From Polyangiales bacterium (GTDB lineage Bacteria; Myxococcota_A; Polyangia; Polyangiales; Ga0077539), in the NCBI GenBank assembly GCA_044229975.1, contig JBGARZ010000014.1, positions 128,001 to 192,000 on the forward strand: a stretch of DNA of 64,000 bases, given 5' to 3'. The notes beneath the pieces are model-generated. The model had not been told where the DNA came from. It saw only the letters and a list, made by a program, of their open reading frames with translations, and ran no database searches. A program made the position numbers and the translations under genes. Of this stretch, positions 19,022-29,589 are shown piece after piece (the stretch's first letter is position 1; each line of letters opens with the position of its first letter).

Positions 19022-20081
19022 AGATGAGGAAGTGGTCCTCGTTGGCGACGATGCGCTCCGTGACGTCGACGCCGGCCTCGCGGAGCATCCCGACGCCCTC
19101 GTCGAGGTAGTCCGTCGGGATGCGGTCGTCGTTCGCGCCGTGGATCACCAGCATCGGTCGGCCCCGCCATCGCGCCTCCCACGAGGGGTTCTCCAGCACC
19201 CGCGGCTCGATCACCGCCGACACGAACACCACCCCGCGGTACCCCTCGACGCCCGCCACGAGCGTGCGGGTGACGCCGCGTCCGCCGTTGGAGAGGCAGG
19301 CCAGCACCACACGGTTCGGGTCGCTGGGCGTGCGCTCGACAAGGTAGCGGTGGGCGCGCTCGATGGCGGCGAGTCCGCCGGGGCGCTGCCAGTCGCCGAA
19401 GCCGAACGACGGCTGCACCACCACGAAGCGCTCGCGGTCGGCGAGCTGCGACCACAGGCGGAAGTAGCCCTTCCAGCTCCCGGCGCTGCCGTGCAGGAAG
19501 ACCACGCCCGGCAGCCGCTCGCCCGGCGCGTGAGGCGGGACGTACACGTCGATGCGCCCGCGGTCTTCGTCGAAGAGCGACTCGTTCATGGCGGAGCCCA
19601 TCGCGCGGAACGACGGGTCGCGTTCGCCCGGGAGGTAGACGTCGCGGATGGCGGTGCGCAGGCGGGCGGCGCCGCGGCGGTCGAGCATCGGGTCGACGAG
19701 CCAGACGAGGTGACTCGCGAGCGAGAGCTGGTCGACCTCGGGCACGAGGTTGGTGGGCGACAGCCGCCACGGCGCGCTGCCCGCGAGGAACACAATGCGC
19801 GTGGCGGAGCCGGGCGGTTGCGTCCCATCGGGCGAGCGCAGCACCAGCGCGACAGCGAGCAGCGCGGTGACGGCGGCGGCGAAGCGGCGCGAGCGGGGTG
19901 CCCACCAGGGTACCGAGGCGAGGCCGATGCCGGTGAGGGCGGCGAGCGCGCCGTCGACGGTGCGGGCGCTCACCAGGAGCAGCGCGGACATCCCCGCGAG
20001 CGGCACCGTGACCAGCGCCCACGCCCAGCGGAATCGTCGGGGTGGCGCCGCGGGTTCGTCGAGCGTCGGGTCGTCGGTCAT
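18963..20081 (-). CDS. Membrane-anchored alpha/beta hydrolase (esterase-like)
   Basis: VVFLHGS, ACLSNGG, HGANDDRI, EDH triad; N-terminal TM segments. Confidence 0.85.
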   Translation of the reverse strand: MTDDPTLDEPAAPPRRFRWAWALVTVPLAGMSALLLVSARTVDGALAALTGIGLASVPWWAPRSRRFAAAVTALLAVALVLRSPDGTQPPGSATRIVFLAGSAPWRLSPTNLVPEVDQLSLASHLVWLVDPMLDRRGAARLRTAIRDVYLPGERDPSFRAMGSAMNESLFDEDRGRIDVYVPPHAPGERLPGVVFLHGSAGSWKGYFRLWSQLADRERFVVVQPSFGFGDWQRPGGLAAIERAHRYLVERTPSDPNRVVLACLSNGGRGVTRTLVAGVEGYRGVVFVSAVIEPRVLENPSWEARWRGRPMLVIHGANDDRIPTDYLDEGVGMLREAGVDVTERIVANEDHFLIFTRPALVFDEIARWMRRVL

Positions 20082-20605
20082 CGGAGGGAGCGACGATACC
20101 CGACGCGCCGTTCCTCCGCGGCAGACCGGATTGCCTCTGCGAGTGACGGTTGAGCTCCTCCCCCGACGACGACCGCTGTGCTTCGGCCGCGGTGACGGCG
20201 GCGCTCTCGGCCGACGGCCGTTGGATGGCGCTCGTCGAGGCGGATCGCGTGGAAGTGTGGCTGCTCGCGCTGCCGGCCCGCTGCGTCGCGCGGGTGCGGC
20301 CCGTCGCGGACGACGACCGGGTCGAGCGGCGGGAACACGTCCTCCAGGGAGATGGGCTCGACGATCCCTGCGTGCTCCCTCTCGGCTGCGAGGGCGTTGG
20401 CGGCGTACCAACGGACCTCCGTGCAGAACGCGGGCGGCTGCGCCGGGCAGGTCGTCCGATCCTCGATCAACTGCTCGATCGCGACTCGAACGCGCGCGTC
20501 GCCAGTCGGGGCGCCCAGGAGCACCAGGAGGATGTAGTAGCGGCTCTCGGGGTCGGGCGACGGGAGCTCGCCCAGGATCCACTGCAACTCGGACTCGTCG
20601 ATCAC
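20078..20605 (-). CDS. Hypothetical protein with HEAT-like helical N-terminus
   Basis: GTG start with GGAGG RBS; EVRWYAANALAA; ATGA overlap with the downstream hydrolase. Confidence 0.45.
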   Translation of the reverse strand: MIDESELQWILGELPSPDPESRYYILLVLLGAPTGDARVRVAIEQLIEDRTTCPAQPPAFCTEVRWYAANALAAEREHAGIVEPISLEDVFPPLDPVVVRDGPHPRDAAGRQREQPHFHAIRLDERHPTAVGRERRRHRGRSTAVVVGGGAQPSLAEAIRSAAEERRVGYRRSLR

Positions 20606-20730
20606 GATTCGACCTCCTTCGATCGGGGGCACGGCGAGCGCGCTTCATCGCGCGGGGAACATCTCGTGGGCGTGCGGCGGCGTCGCGTCCGGTAGAGGTA
20701 CCCTCGGTCAGGCCCTGAACCTCCCTGCAA

Positions 20731-20866
20731 CCAGGTTCGCGACTGTCGGCGAGGGTCTGAAACCCACATGCATCCAGGTTCGCGACTGTCGGCGAGGGTC
20801 TGAAACCCACATGCATCCAGGTTCGCGACTGTCGGCGAGGGTCTGAAACCCACATGCATCCAGGTT
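20731..20866. repeat. Tandem repeat, 43 bp x3 identical plus a partial copy
   Basis: CCAGGTTCGCGACTGTCGGCGAGGGTCTGAAACCCACATGCAT at 20731, 20774, 20817; degenerate flanking copy upstream. Confidence 0.95.
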
Positions 20867-20949
20867 GCCGGGTATCGGGGAGGGGTTGGGAGTTCGCGCC
20901 GGACGGGCTGAGGGCTGCGTTCGCAATCAGTGTCTGGATTCGTGCGGCC

Positions 20950-21606
20950 TCAACCGCCCCAAGGCTCCAGCACGCCTCGCCGATTCAGGCGCCACGCGGC
21001 GGGTCGCTCCCCATGGATGCTGCACTGGAACCCCCGGTCGTGGTCCCTCTTGCGCATCCAGAGGTCGCGCTCCTGGCCGTCGACCATCACGACGCGGAGC
21101 CGCTGCACCGAGTCGCGCGAGTAGCCGCCCCGGCCCTGGGTGCTCGCGACCTCCTCCCGCGCGCGAACCTCGGCGACGCGGGTCAGCAGGCTCCACCCCT
21201 CATCGGGGTCGGCGCCGTGGCCGCCGCGCACGAGGTTGATCAGCCTGACGGCGGCGACCCCGAACACCCGAGGACGCTCCTCGATGAGCTGCGCGCTGGT
21301 GATCGAGTCGTCCGTCCAATAGGCCCACGCCGTCCAACCTGACAGGGACGCGGCGTCGAGGTGCTCGTGATCGAGGTGTATGAGGCTGGGCTCGACGTGC
21401 ACGAGCGCGGCGTCGACCTCCCGCACGGCGGTGGTGCTCACGGTGTGCCCCTGTTGGTAGGCCCGCTCGCGGTGCGCCGCGATCCACGCGTCCGCCGCAG
21501 CGCTCGTCGAGGTCACCGCCCGCACCTCCTGCCTGACCCATGGGGCGACGCGGTACGACGCGTTCGTGAAGCGGTCGGTGTCGATCACGGTGATCTCGTA
21601 GCGCAT
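20950..21606 (-). CDS. Hypothetical protein
   Basis: 218-aa ORF with GC3-rich codons and no recognised motif. Confidence 0.6.
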   Translation of the reverse strand: MRYEITVIDTDRFTNASYRVAPWVRQEVRAVTSTSAAADAWIAAHRERAYQQGHTVSTTAVREVDAALVHVEPSLIHLDHEHLDAASLSGWTAWAYWTDDSITSAQLIEERPRVFGVAAVRLINLVRGGHGADPDEGWSLLTRVAEVRAREEVASTQGRGGYSRDSVQRLRVVMVDGQERDLWMRKRDHDRGFQCSIHGERPAAWRLNRRGVLEPWGG

Positions 21607-21681
21607 GGACGCTCCGTTCAGAGTGGGCGCTGCTCCAACCCGCCGCTCCGTCCGATCATCCCACGCGAGGTCGGTCTGCCG

Positions 21682-23016
21682 TCAGCGCCCGAGTCGCTCG
21701 ATCTCCCCGGTGCTCGTGAGCAGGTTCACCCGCGCCACCTGGAGCTGCAACCGCGCCCGCACCACCGCCACCCGCGCGCTCGCGTCCGCCGCCTGCGCGT
21801 CCACTGTCTCCAGCAGTGGCGCCACCCCTGAGCTGTACCGCCCCGTCGCCTGCTCCAGATTCGCCGCCGCGGTCGACGCGAGGTGCGCCGTCTGATCGAG
21901 CGCCACCGCCGCCGTCCGCAGGTTGATCGCCGCCTGCACCGCGGCCGAGCGCACCGCGAGCGACTGCTGCGCCAGCGTCGCCCGCGCGCTCGTCACGTTG
22001 GCGTCGGCCACGTCGATGCCCGCCCGCGCCGACGCGTCGAAGATCGGCCACGTCAGCGTGAGCCCGCCTTGGAGCTGCTCCGACAGACCGAAGGCCCCCT
22101 GACCCACGAGGCGCCCGCTGTAGTTGGCCTGCGCGGACGCCTGCCCCGCGAGCACCGGTCGTCGGGTCGCCCGCGCCGCCTCGGCCTGCGACTCTGCTTG
22201 CAGCACCCGCGCCCGCGCCGCCGCAAACTCCGGCCTGCCCGCCACCGCCGCCGCCGCCGCCCGCGCCGGGTCGTCGTCCGCTCGTAGCGCCGACTCGTCC
22301 ACGGCCGAGACCACGAGCTCGCTCAGCGGGTCGACGCCCATCGCTACCGCCAGCACCGCGCGGTCGTTGCGCTCGCGGGCCTCGGCGGCGGTGAGGTCGA
22401 GCCGCCCGACGTCGAGGTCGAGCTCGGCACGCACCCGCTCGATGGGCGGCCGCGAACCCGCATCCACCATCGCCGCCGCGATGCGCAGGTGCGCCTCCCG
22501 CTGCTCGACGATGGCGCGCGCGGCGGTGACCGCCTCCTGGTCGTTGAGCACCGTGAGGTACGCCACGGCGACCGCCGCCATGGCCTGTGTGCGCGCCGTG
22601 CGGAGGTCTTCGCGGGCGGCGTTGCGTCCCCGCGTGGCGGCCTCGACGGCGCTCGCGGTGCGGCCGAAGTCGTAGATGGGGAAGCGCGCCGTGACGCCCG
22701 CGCTCGCGCTCGCGTTGACGCTCTGGTAGCGAACGTCCGAGAGCACCGGCTGATCACTGAACCCGATGGACGCCGCGCCGCTCGCCGTCACCGACGGGAG
22801 GTACGCCGCGCGCGCCGAGGCGATCTGGGCGTCGGAGATGCCGAGGCGGGCGAGCGCGAGGGTGACCGTGGGCGGGTCGGCAGCGCCGCGGGCGAGGGCC
22901 TCGCGGAAGTCGAGGGTGACGCGCGCGGGGGCAGGCGACTCCTGCGCGAAGGCGTAGCCCGACGAGGAGAGCGCGAGCGCGAGGGCGACGGACGGGAGCA
23001 GGGGGCGGTGCTTCAT
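21682..23016 (-). CDS. tolC: TolC family outer membrane efflux protein
   Basis: Signal peptide, YLPSV...PIYDFG and WPIFD repeats; last gene of the macAB operon. Confidence 0.9.
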   Translation of the reverse strand: MKHRPLLPSVALALALSSSGYAFAQESPAPARVTLDFREALARGAADPPTVTLALARLGISDAQIASARAAYLPSVTASGAASIGFSDQPVLSDVRYQSVNASASAGVTARFPIYDFGRTASAVEAATRGRNAAREDLRTARTQAMAAVAVAYLTVLNDQEAVTAARAIVEQREAHLRIAAAMVDAGSRPPIERVRAELDLDVGRLDLTAAEARERNDRAVLAVAMGVDPLSELVVSAVDESALRADDDPARAAAAAVAGRPEFAAARARVLQAESQAEAARATRRPVLAGQASAQANYSGRLVGQGAFGLSEQLQGGLTLTWPIFDASARAGIDVADANVTSARATLAQQSLAVRSAAVQAAINLRTAAVALDQTAHLASTAAANLEQATGRYSSGVAPLLETVDAQAADASARVAVVRARLQLQVARVNLLTSTGEIERLGR

Positions 23017-23035
23017 GGGAGGCTCCGATCGGGGA

Positions 23036-25084
23036 TCACTCGCGGCGCAGGGCCACGATGGGGTCGAGGCGCGCGGCGCTGCGCGCGGGGAAGAAGCCGA
23101 AGATGACGCCGATGCCCCCGGAGACGGCCACGGAGAAGAGGGCGATCTTCGGGTCGAAGCCGACGCTGAAGTCCGTGAGTCGACCGACGAGCAGGCTCGC
23201 GCCGACGCCGACGCCGATGCCCGCGAGGCCGCCGATGAGGGCGAGGGTGACGGCCTCGATGAGAAACTGCGCGAGGATGTCGTTGCCCCGCGCGCCGATG
23301 GCGAGGCGGATGCCGATCTCGCGGGTGCGCTCGGTGACCGAGACCAGCATGATGTTCATGACGCCGATGCCGCCCACGAGGAGCGAGATGGAGGCGACCA
23401 CCATGAGCAGCGCCGAGACGATGGCCGTCTGCTCGTTGAAGGCGCTGGTGAGGTCGGAGAGGTTGCTGACGCCGAAGTTGTCCTCGGCGCCCTGACGGAT
23501 GCGGTGCCGCTGGCGGAGCAGCGACGTGATGGCGTCCTGCGCGCGGTGCACCACGTCGGGGCCGCGCGCGGTCACCATGATGGAGTTCACCTGGCCGTTG
23601 GGCAGGCGGTTGATGCCCGCGCGGAAAGCGCTGAGCGGCATGATGACCGTGTCGTCGTTGTCCTGCCCGAAGCCCGACTGGCCCTTCTTCGCCATCACCG
23701 CGACCACGGTGCAAGGCATCGCGCCGACGCGAAGCTCCTGTCCCACCGGGTTGGCGGTGCCGAAGAGACCCGCTCGCACCGTCTCTCCGATGGCGCACGC
23801 CGGGACGGCGTTGATCTGCTCCTCGGCGCCCCACAGAACGCCCATGGACGCGCCCCAGCTACGCACGGCGAAGTAGTCCGCCGTCGTCCCGGTGATGCGC
23901 GTGGAGACGTTGCGGTCGCCCGACACGACCTGCGCGCTCGACCCCACCGTCGGCGCCACCCGCGCCACCGTCGGAACCTCCCGCGCGATGGCCTCCGCAT
24001 CCTCGTCCGTCAGCGACACCGCCGTCCCCTGCGCCGATCGTACGCCCCCCGAACGAATCCCCGCCGGCATCACCACCAGGAGGTTCACGCCGAGCGAGGT
24101 CATCTGCGCCTGCATCTTCTGCTGGGCGCCCACCCCGAGGGCGTTGGTGGTCACCACCGCCGCGATGCCGATGAGAATGCCCAGCGCGGTCAGCGACGCC
24201 CGCAGCTTGGCGCGCACCAGCGACCGCAGCGCCAGCCGCAGCGCCATGAACCACCCGAGTCCCCCCGAGGGCTCCTTCGCCGATGGGTCGCGCGGCGCCA
24301 GCTCGACGCCCGCGGCGTCCACCTTCCACGGCTCGGCCCCGGCGGGCGCCTTCGGAAAGCGCCGCTCGGCCACGAGCTCGTCCGAGAGGATGAGCCCGTC
24401 CTTCACGGTCACCACACGCGAAGCGCACGCGGCCACGTCGGGCTCGTGGGTGACCATCACGATGGTCAGTCCGCGCTCGGCGTTGAGCCATTGCAGCATC
24501 GCGAGCACTTCGTCCGTCGTGCGCGAATCGAGGTTGCCCGTGGGCTCGTCGGCGAGCAGCACCTCGGGCTCGGTGACCAGCGCGCGGGCGATGGCGACAC
24601 GCTGCTGCTGGCCGCCCGAGAGCTGCGACGGGGTGTTGGCGAGGCGCTGACCGAGGCCGACGAGTTCGAGCGATCGGGTGGCCCGCTCGCGGCGCTCGTC
24701 GCTGGGGACGCCGAGGTAGGCGAGGGGCATCTCGACGTTCTCCAGCGCGCTGGTGCGCGGCAGGAGATTGAACCCCTGGAAGATGAACCCGATGAGCTCG
24801 CTGCGAACCACCGCCCGCTCGTCGGTGTCGAGCGCCGACACGTCGTGGCCCGCGAGGTGGTAGGTGCCTGCGGTGGGGCGATCGAGGCAGCCGATGATGT
24901 TCATCAGCGTGCTCTTGCCCGAGCCTGATGCCCCGACGATGGCCACGAACTGCCCGCGCGGAACCTCCAGCGTCACCCCGCCGAGCGCCAGCACCGACAC
25001 CTCCCCGGAGTCGTACTGCTTCTCGATGTCGCGCAGCACGAGCACCATCTCGTCGCCGCTGCCCGGGTTCACGGCGGCCTCCAT
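23036..25084 (-). CDS. macB: MacB-type ABC transporter, fused ATPase and permease
   Basis: [54 protein letters not shown]. Confidence 0.95.
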   Translation of the reverse strand: MEAAVNPGSGDEMVLVLRDIEKQYDSGEVSVLALGGVTLEVPRGQFVAIVGASGSGKSTLMNIIGCLDRPTAGTYHLAGHDVSALDTDERAVVRSELIGFIFQGFNLLPRTSALENVEMPLAYLGVPSDERRERATRSLELVGLGQRLANTPSQLSGGQQQRVAIARALVTEPEVLLADEPTGNLDSRTTDEVLAMLQWLNAERGLTIVMVTHEPDVAACASRVVTVKDGLILSDELVAERRFPKAPAGAEPWKVDAAGVELAPRDPSAKEPSGGLGWFMALRLALRSLVRAKLRASLTALGILIGIAAVVTTNALGVGAQQKMQAQMTSLGVNLLVVMPAGIRSGGVRSAQGTAVSLTDEDAEAIAREVPTVARVAPTVGSSAQVVSGDRNVSTRITGTTADYFAVRSWGASMGVLWGAEEQINAVPACAIGETVRAGLFGTANPVGQELRVGAMPCTVVAVMAKKGQSGFGQDNDDTVIMPLSAFRAGINRLPNGQVNSIMVTARGPDVVHRAQDAITSLLRQRHRIRQGAEDNFGVSNLSDLTSAFNEQTAIVSALLMVVASISLLVGGIGVMNIMLVSVTERTREIGIRLAIGARGNDILAQFLIEAVTLALIGGLAGIGVGVGASLLVGRLTDFSVGFDPKIALFSVAVSGGIGVIFGFFPARSAARLDPIVALRRE

Positions 25085-26436
25085 CAGAACATCCTCGGCG
25101 GACGCGGACCCCGCGAAGAACCACCCGCGGCCGCGGCGCCAGAGGTCGGGTTGGCCGAGTCCGTCTCGTCGACCACCACCTGCGTGCCCTCGTTGAGCTC
25201 CGGCGCCGACACCTCCGTGTTGACGCCGTCGGTGAGCCCCACCGTCACCGCCACGCGGGTCGCCTGCCCGTTGCGCACGACGTAGATGCCACCGCGTTCG
25301 GGCCGCTCGCCTCCACCACCTGCGCCGCGTTCGCCACGCGGTCGTCGACCGGTGGTTCCGCCGTCGCCGCCTGGCGTTGCGGGCGTGGGCTCCGCGGCGG
25401 CGCTGGCCGGTCGGTAGCGCAGGGCCGCGTTGGGGACGCGCAGCACGTCGGGATGCCGCGCCGCGATGGCGGTGACGGTGGCGGTCATGCCGGGGCGTAG
25501 CCGCGACTGCGGGTTGGCGACGTCGATGACGGCCTGGTAGGTGACGACGCCGTTGGTCGTGGTGGGCGTGATGCGGAGCTCGCGGACCGTTCCGCGGAAC
25601 GACTCGCGGGGGAAGGCGTCGACGCGGGCGACGGCCTCCATGCCTTCGGTGAGCTTGCCGATGTTCGCCTCGTCGACGTTGGCGATGACCCGCATCTGGG
25701 TGAGGTCGTTGTCGATGATGAACAGCGTCGGCGTCTGGAGACTGGCCGCCACGGTCTGCCCAGGGTCGACGGCGCGCGTCGCCACGATGCCGTCGATGGG
25801 CGCGAGGATGCGGGTGTACGTGAGGTTGGTGCGGGCGACCTCCACCGACGCGGTGGCCTGCTCCACCTGGGCCTGCGCGACGCCCACGGAAGCGCGCGCC
25901 GAGTCGCGGGTGGCGACGGCGGCGTCGACGTCGGCCTGGGCGTTGAGGTTGGCCGTTCGGAGGGTGTTGGCGCGCGTGAGGTTGCGCTCGGCGAGGGTGA
26001 GGTCGGCGCGGCGCTGCACGAGCACGGCGCGGGCGGAGGCGAGCGAGGCGCGCACCTGGGCGGCCTGCGCGAGGTAGGGCGTCGCGTCGAGCTCGGCGAG
26101 GAGGTCACCGCGGCGCACGCGGCTGTTGAAATCGACGGCGACGTTGGTCACGCGCCCGCTGATCTGCGCGCCGACCTGAACCTCCAACACGGGGCGCACC
26201 GTCCCCGTGGCGCGCACGGTCTCCGAGAGGTCGCCGCGCGTGACGGTGGCCGTGAGGTAGCGGGGCGCGGGCGTGGCGGCCTTGCGACGCGCGACGACGA
26301 CACCGCCCGCGACGAGGGCGACGACGACCAGCACCACGACGATCCACCAGGGCTTGCGACGCGTGCGCAGGCGACCGAGCGCCGGGGAGCGAGGCGTGGG
26401 AGCGACCGTGGCGGAGGGCGTCGGTGAGGTGGCCAT
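25084..26436 (-). CDS. macA: MacA-type periplasmic adaptor (membrane fusion protein)
   Basis: VQVGAQISG, APIDGIV...GQTVAASLQTPTLF, LRPGMTA. Confidence 0.93.
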   Translation of the reverse strand: MATSPTPSATVAPTPRSPALGRLRTRRKPWWIVVVLVVVALVAGGVVVARRKAATPAPRYLTATVTRGDLSETVRATGTVRPVLEVQVGAQISGRVTNVAVDFNSRVRRGDLLAELDATPYLAQAAQVRASLASARAVLVQRRADLTLAERNLTRANTLRTANLNAQADVDAAVATRDSARASVGVAQAQVEQATASVEVARTNLTYTRILAPIDGIVATRAVDPGQTVAASLQTPTLFIIDNDLTQMRVIANVDEANIGKLTEGMEAVARVDAFPRESFRGTVRELRITPTTTNGVVTYQAVIDVANPQSRLRPGMTATVTAIAARHPDVLRVPNAALRYRPASAAAEPTPATPGGDGGTTGRRPRGERGAGGGGERPERGGIYVVRNGQATRVAVTVGLTDGVNTEVSAPELNEGTQVVVDETDSANPTSGAAAAGGSSRGPRPPRMF

Positions 26437-26549
26437 GAGCCATGATGGTGGCTGCGGCCTATTTCGCGAACATTGCCGCTTCGTGTCGGAATGTTTCAGC
26501 GGCTTCGAGGTGTGGACGCCGCGCCGCTCCCGGCAGTAGCGTCGGGTTC

Positions 26550-28250
26550 ATGCGCAGGCGGGCGTTGGTGCTGGCGCTGGGATTATCGGCGTCGTGTGCG
26601 TCGTCGAGTGACTCCGTGGTCGTCCCCGATGCGGGCGCCTGGATGGAGGTCATGCGCCTCGCGCCGGGTACCCCGATGGACGCCCCGGACCGCTTCCGCA
26701 CGCCCGGCGTGACCGACGCCATGCGCGCGGCCCACGTCGTCTATCCGCTCGACCACGTGGTGTTTCCGCACAACGTCTATCCGCCCGACGTGCAGTGGGA
26801 GCCCGTCGGGGTGGCGGGTGACATCTTCCGCGTCCGCGTCGCCGGGACATCTCCCCTGCTCACGGCGTACGTCGAGCACCGCGGCGCCGCGTTTCACCAC
26901 GACCATACCTTCGACCAGGACACCTGGACGGCGATGGCCGACCGGGCCGGCACGCGCGAGCTCACGCTCACCGTCGACCGCTGGGACGCTGCGCGCGACC
27001 AGGTGGTGCTCGGCACGCCCGTCCACATCCGCTTCGCCCGTGGCAGCATCGCGGGCGCCGTCTACTACTGGACCCTCGGCGACTTCGGCGGGACGCAGGG
27101 CAGGGTGCTCCGCGTCTTCCAGGGCACCGGCGTCGCCCCGCGGCCCGAGAACTTCATGCCGTCGCCCCCACCGCGCGACGACGGCAACCGCTGCGCCGCC
27201 TGTCACGGCCTCTCGCGTGACGGCAACCGCCTCGCGCTGTCCCTCGGCGACGGTCGCTTCGGCGGCGTGTACGACGCGACCACCGACCTCACGGGACCCG
27301 ACCCGACGCCGGTCTTCCGCTTCTCCGACCCGTGGTTCTTCGCGGCCTTCAACCCTGATGGGTCGCGCATCCTGATGACCGACCCCGACCAGCGCACACA
27401 GCTCCTCGACGGCCGCACCGGCGCCCGCGTGTCGACCGCCGCGCTCCCCAACGCCACGCACCCGGCGTGGTCGCCCGACGGCCGCACGGTGGCGTTCATC
27501 TCGTCGGCCGACAACGCGTGGAACCTCTCTCGCGGCGACCTCACCGTCATGGACGCCGCGGCCGATGACCGCTTCAGCGAAGCCCGTGTGATTCATCGCG
27601 GCGACGCGACCGACGGCGCGGAGGGCGCGGGCCTCGACGCCTACCCGAGCTTCTCGCCGGACTCGCGCTTCATCGCGTACCAGCACGGCCGTCGGGTGCT
27701 GCTCTCCGCCAAGGGCGCGGCGGGCGCCCTCTATCTCGTGCCTCCATCGGGCGGCGCGCCGACGAGGCTCGATCGCCTCTCGGCCGGGTCCGACGCGTGG
27801 TATCCGAGCTTCACGCCCTTCGTGACGCCCGGCGCCGACGAGGCCAGCGTCTACTGGCTGCTCTTCTACTCGCGCCGCGACTACGGCAACGCGCTGGCGG
27901 GCACGCACGGCTCCCACCGCCGACAGATCTGGGTCGCGGCGGTGTCGACCACCGGGTCGGGTGATCCGTCGAGCGTCCCGTACTGGCTCCCCGGTCAGGA
28001 CGTCGCGCAGGAGAACGCCTCGGCCTTCTGGGCGCCGCGCCCGTGCCGCCCCAACAGCGCGGTGTGCTCGGGCGACTCGCAGTGTTGCAGCGGCAATTGC
28101 AGCGACGAGCTCGTCGAGGGCCAGCGCGTGTGCCGCCCGCCGCCTCCGTCGGGTTGTCGCCGCGCGGGCCAGAGCTGCGGCGCCACGAGCGACTGCTGCG
28201 ACCGCACGCTGGAGTGCGCGGGCGGCGTGTGCCTCCCGACGCCGGGGTGA
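26550..28250 (+). CDS. TolB-like beta-propeller lipoprotein with Cys-rich C-terminus
   Basis: PD40-type repeats (FNPDG, PAWSPDG, PSFSPDS), CAACH, YWLPGQ, C-terminal C..C....CCSG.C repeats. Confidence 0.8.
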   Translation: MRRRALVLALGLSASCASSSDSVVVPDAGAWMEVMRLAPGTPMDAPDRFRTPGVTDAMRAAHVVYPLDHVVFPHNVYPPDVQWEPVGVAGDIFRVRVAGTSPLLTAYVEHRGAAFHHDHTFDQDTWTAMADRAGTRELTLTVDRWDAARDQVVLGTPVHIRFARGSIAGAVYYWTLGDFGGTQGRVLRVFQGTGVAPRPENFMPSPPPRDDGNRCAACHGLSRDGNRLALSLGDGRFGGVYDATTDLTGPDPTPVFRFSDPWFFAAFNPDGSRILMTDPDQRTQLLDGRTGARVSTAALPNATHPAWSPDGRTVAFISSADNAWNLSRGDLTVMDAAADDRFSEARVIHRGDATDGAEGAGLDAYPSFSPDSRFIAYQHGRRVLLSAKGAAGALYLVPPSGGAPTRLDRLSAGSDAWYPSFTPFVTPGADEASVYWLLFYSRRDYGNALAGTHGSHRRQIWVAAVSTTGSGDPSSVPYWLPGQDVAQENASAFWAPRPCRPNSAVCSGDSQCCSGNCSDELVEGQRVCRPPPPSGCRRAGQSCGATSDCCDRTLECAGGVCLPTPG

Positions 28251-28254
28251 CCGC

Positions 28255-29589
28255 TCACCCCGTCGGCAGCGCGAGCGTGACGGTGGTCCCGACGCCGGGC
28301 TCGCTGCGAATCTCCAGCGTGGCGTGGTGCGCGTCAGCGATGCGTCGTGCGAGCGCGAGCCCCAGCCCGACGCCCCCGGTCGCGCGTGATCGGCTGCGGT
28401 CGGCGCGGAAGAAAGGCGTCCACACGTGCGGCAGGTCGTCGGCGCGGATGCCCTCGCCGTGGTCCTCCACCTCGACGACGACGCGACCGTCGCGGGTGAT
28501 GGCGCGCGCGTGCAGCGCCGAACCCGGCTCGGAGTACTTGCCCGCGTTGTCGAGGAGGTTGTCGACGAGGCGCCGCAGCAGCCGCGCGTCTCCGGGGACG
28601 GCGGCGAGCCCGGTCGCGATCTCGGCGTCGACCTTCCTCGCCGGGTTCGCCTGTCGGAAGCGATCGACCGCGCCCTGCACGATGGCTCCGACGTCGGTGG
28701 GTTCGAGGCGCACGGGGAGCGCGGCGGTGGTGAGCGAGGCGACGCCGATGTCGAGGCGCACGGCGGCCATGACGTCTTCGACGAGGCGTTCGAGGTCGGC
28801 GAGGTCGTAGGCGATCTCACCCAGCAGACGTTGGGCGCGGGCGGGGTTCTCCTGGGCCGTTTCGAGCACGACGCGGATGCGTGCGAGGGGCGTGCGGAGC
28901 TCGTGGGAGATGTTGGCGAGCATCTCCTTCTCGGCGCGAATCACGGCTTCGAGGCGCTCGGCCATGTCATTGAACGCCAGCGCGAGGTCGCCGATGTCGT
29001 CGCGGCGCGCGACGCGGGCGCGGGCCGAGAGGTCTCCGCGGCCGAAGGCGCGGGTGACGTCGACGACCTCCTCCAGCGGCGCCGCGATGGAGCGCGCAAG
29101 GGGGATGGACGCCAGCGCCACCGAGAGGAGCACGACGGCGAGCAGCAGCACGAGGCGCTCATTGGTGAGGCGCGACTGCGGCCGACCGAGCACGATGTAC
29201 TCGCCCGGCGGCGCGCCCACGCAGGCGTAGGTGTTGTGGGTTCGCCCGCCGCGCACGAAGCCCCGCGCACGGAGCCCCGCGAGCTGCGCCGGGGGCATCG
29301 GCGGGAGCGGCGGCCGCACGGTGGACAGGACGAGCGCGCCGTCGTCGCGATAGATGGAGACGGGGACGGGCATGCGCCGAACGTCGCCGCGCTCCTGCGG
29401 ATGGACGCGTCGCGCGCACGCTTCGGCGCCGAGGACGTCGGAGATGCGCCCCACCTCGCGGTCGACGGGGCGTTGGATGAGCCGGTCGCTGAGCACGAAA
29501 AAGATCGCCGCGCTCAACGCCAGCAGAAACACCCCGTGAAAGAACACCCGCAGCAGCAGCCGCCGTCCGCCGAGGGCGAGGCGCGTCAC
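28255..29589 (-). CDS. HAMP-domain sensor histidine kinase
   Basis: SHELRTPL, NLLDNAGKY, DHGEG, GGVGLGL; GTGA overlap with the response regulator. Confidence 0.93.
   Translation of the reverse strand: MTRLALGGRRLLLRVFFHGVFLLALSAAIFFVLSDRLIQRPVDREVGRISDVLGAEACARRVHPQERGDVRRMPVPVSIYRDDGALVLSTVRPPLPPMPPAQLAGLRARGFVRGGRTHNTYACVGAPPGEYIVLGRPQSRLTNERLVLLLAVVLLSVALASIPLARSIAAPLEEVVDVTRAFGRGDLSARARVARRDDIGDLALAFNDMAERLEAVIRAEKEMLANISHELRTPLARIRVVLETAQENPARAQRLLGEIAYDLADLERLVEDVMAAVRLDIGVASLTTAALPVRLEPTDVGAIVQGAVDRFRQANPARKVDAEIATGLAAVPGDARLLRRLVDNLLDNAGKYSEPGSALHARAITRDGRVVVEVEDHGEGIRADDLPHVWTPFFRADRSRSRATGGVGLGLALARRIADAHHATLEIRSEPGVGTTVTLALPTG

Noticed and set aside
18963..20855. 630-aa ORF with repeated N-terminus
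   Set aside because: The extension translates the non-triplet 43-bp repeat and a shadow frame; the hydrolase starts at 20081
20731..20866. CRISPR array
   Set aside because: Units are contiguous and identical with no spacers; no cas genes in the window
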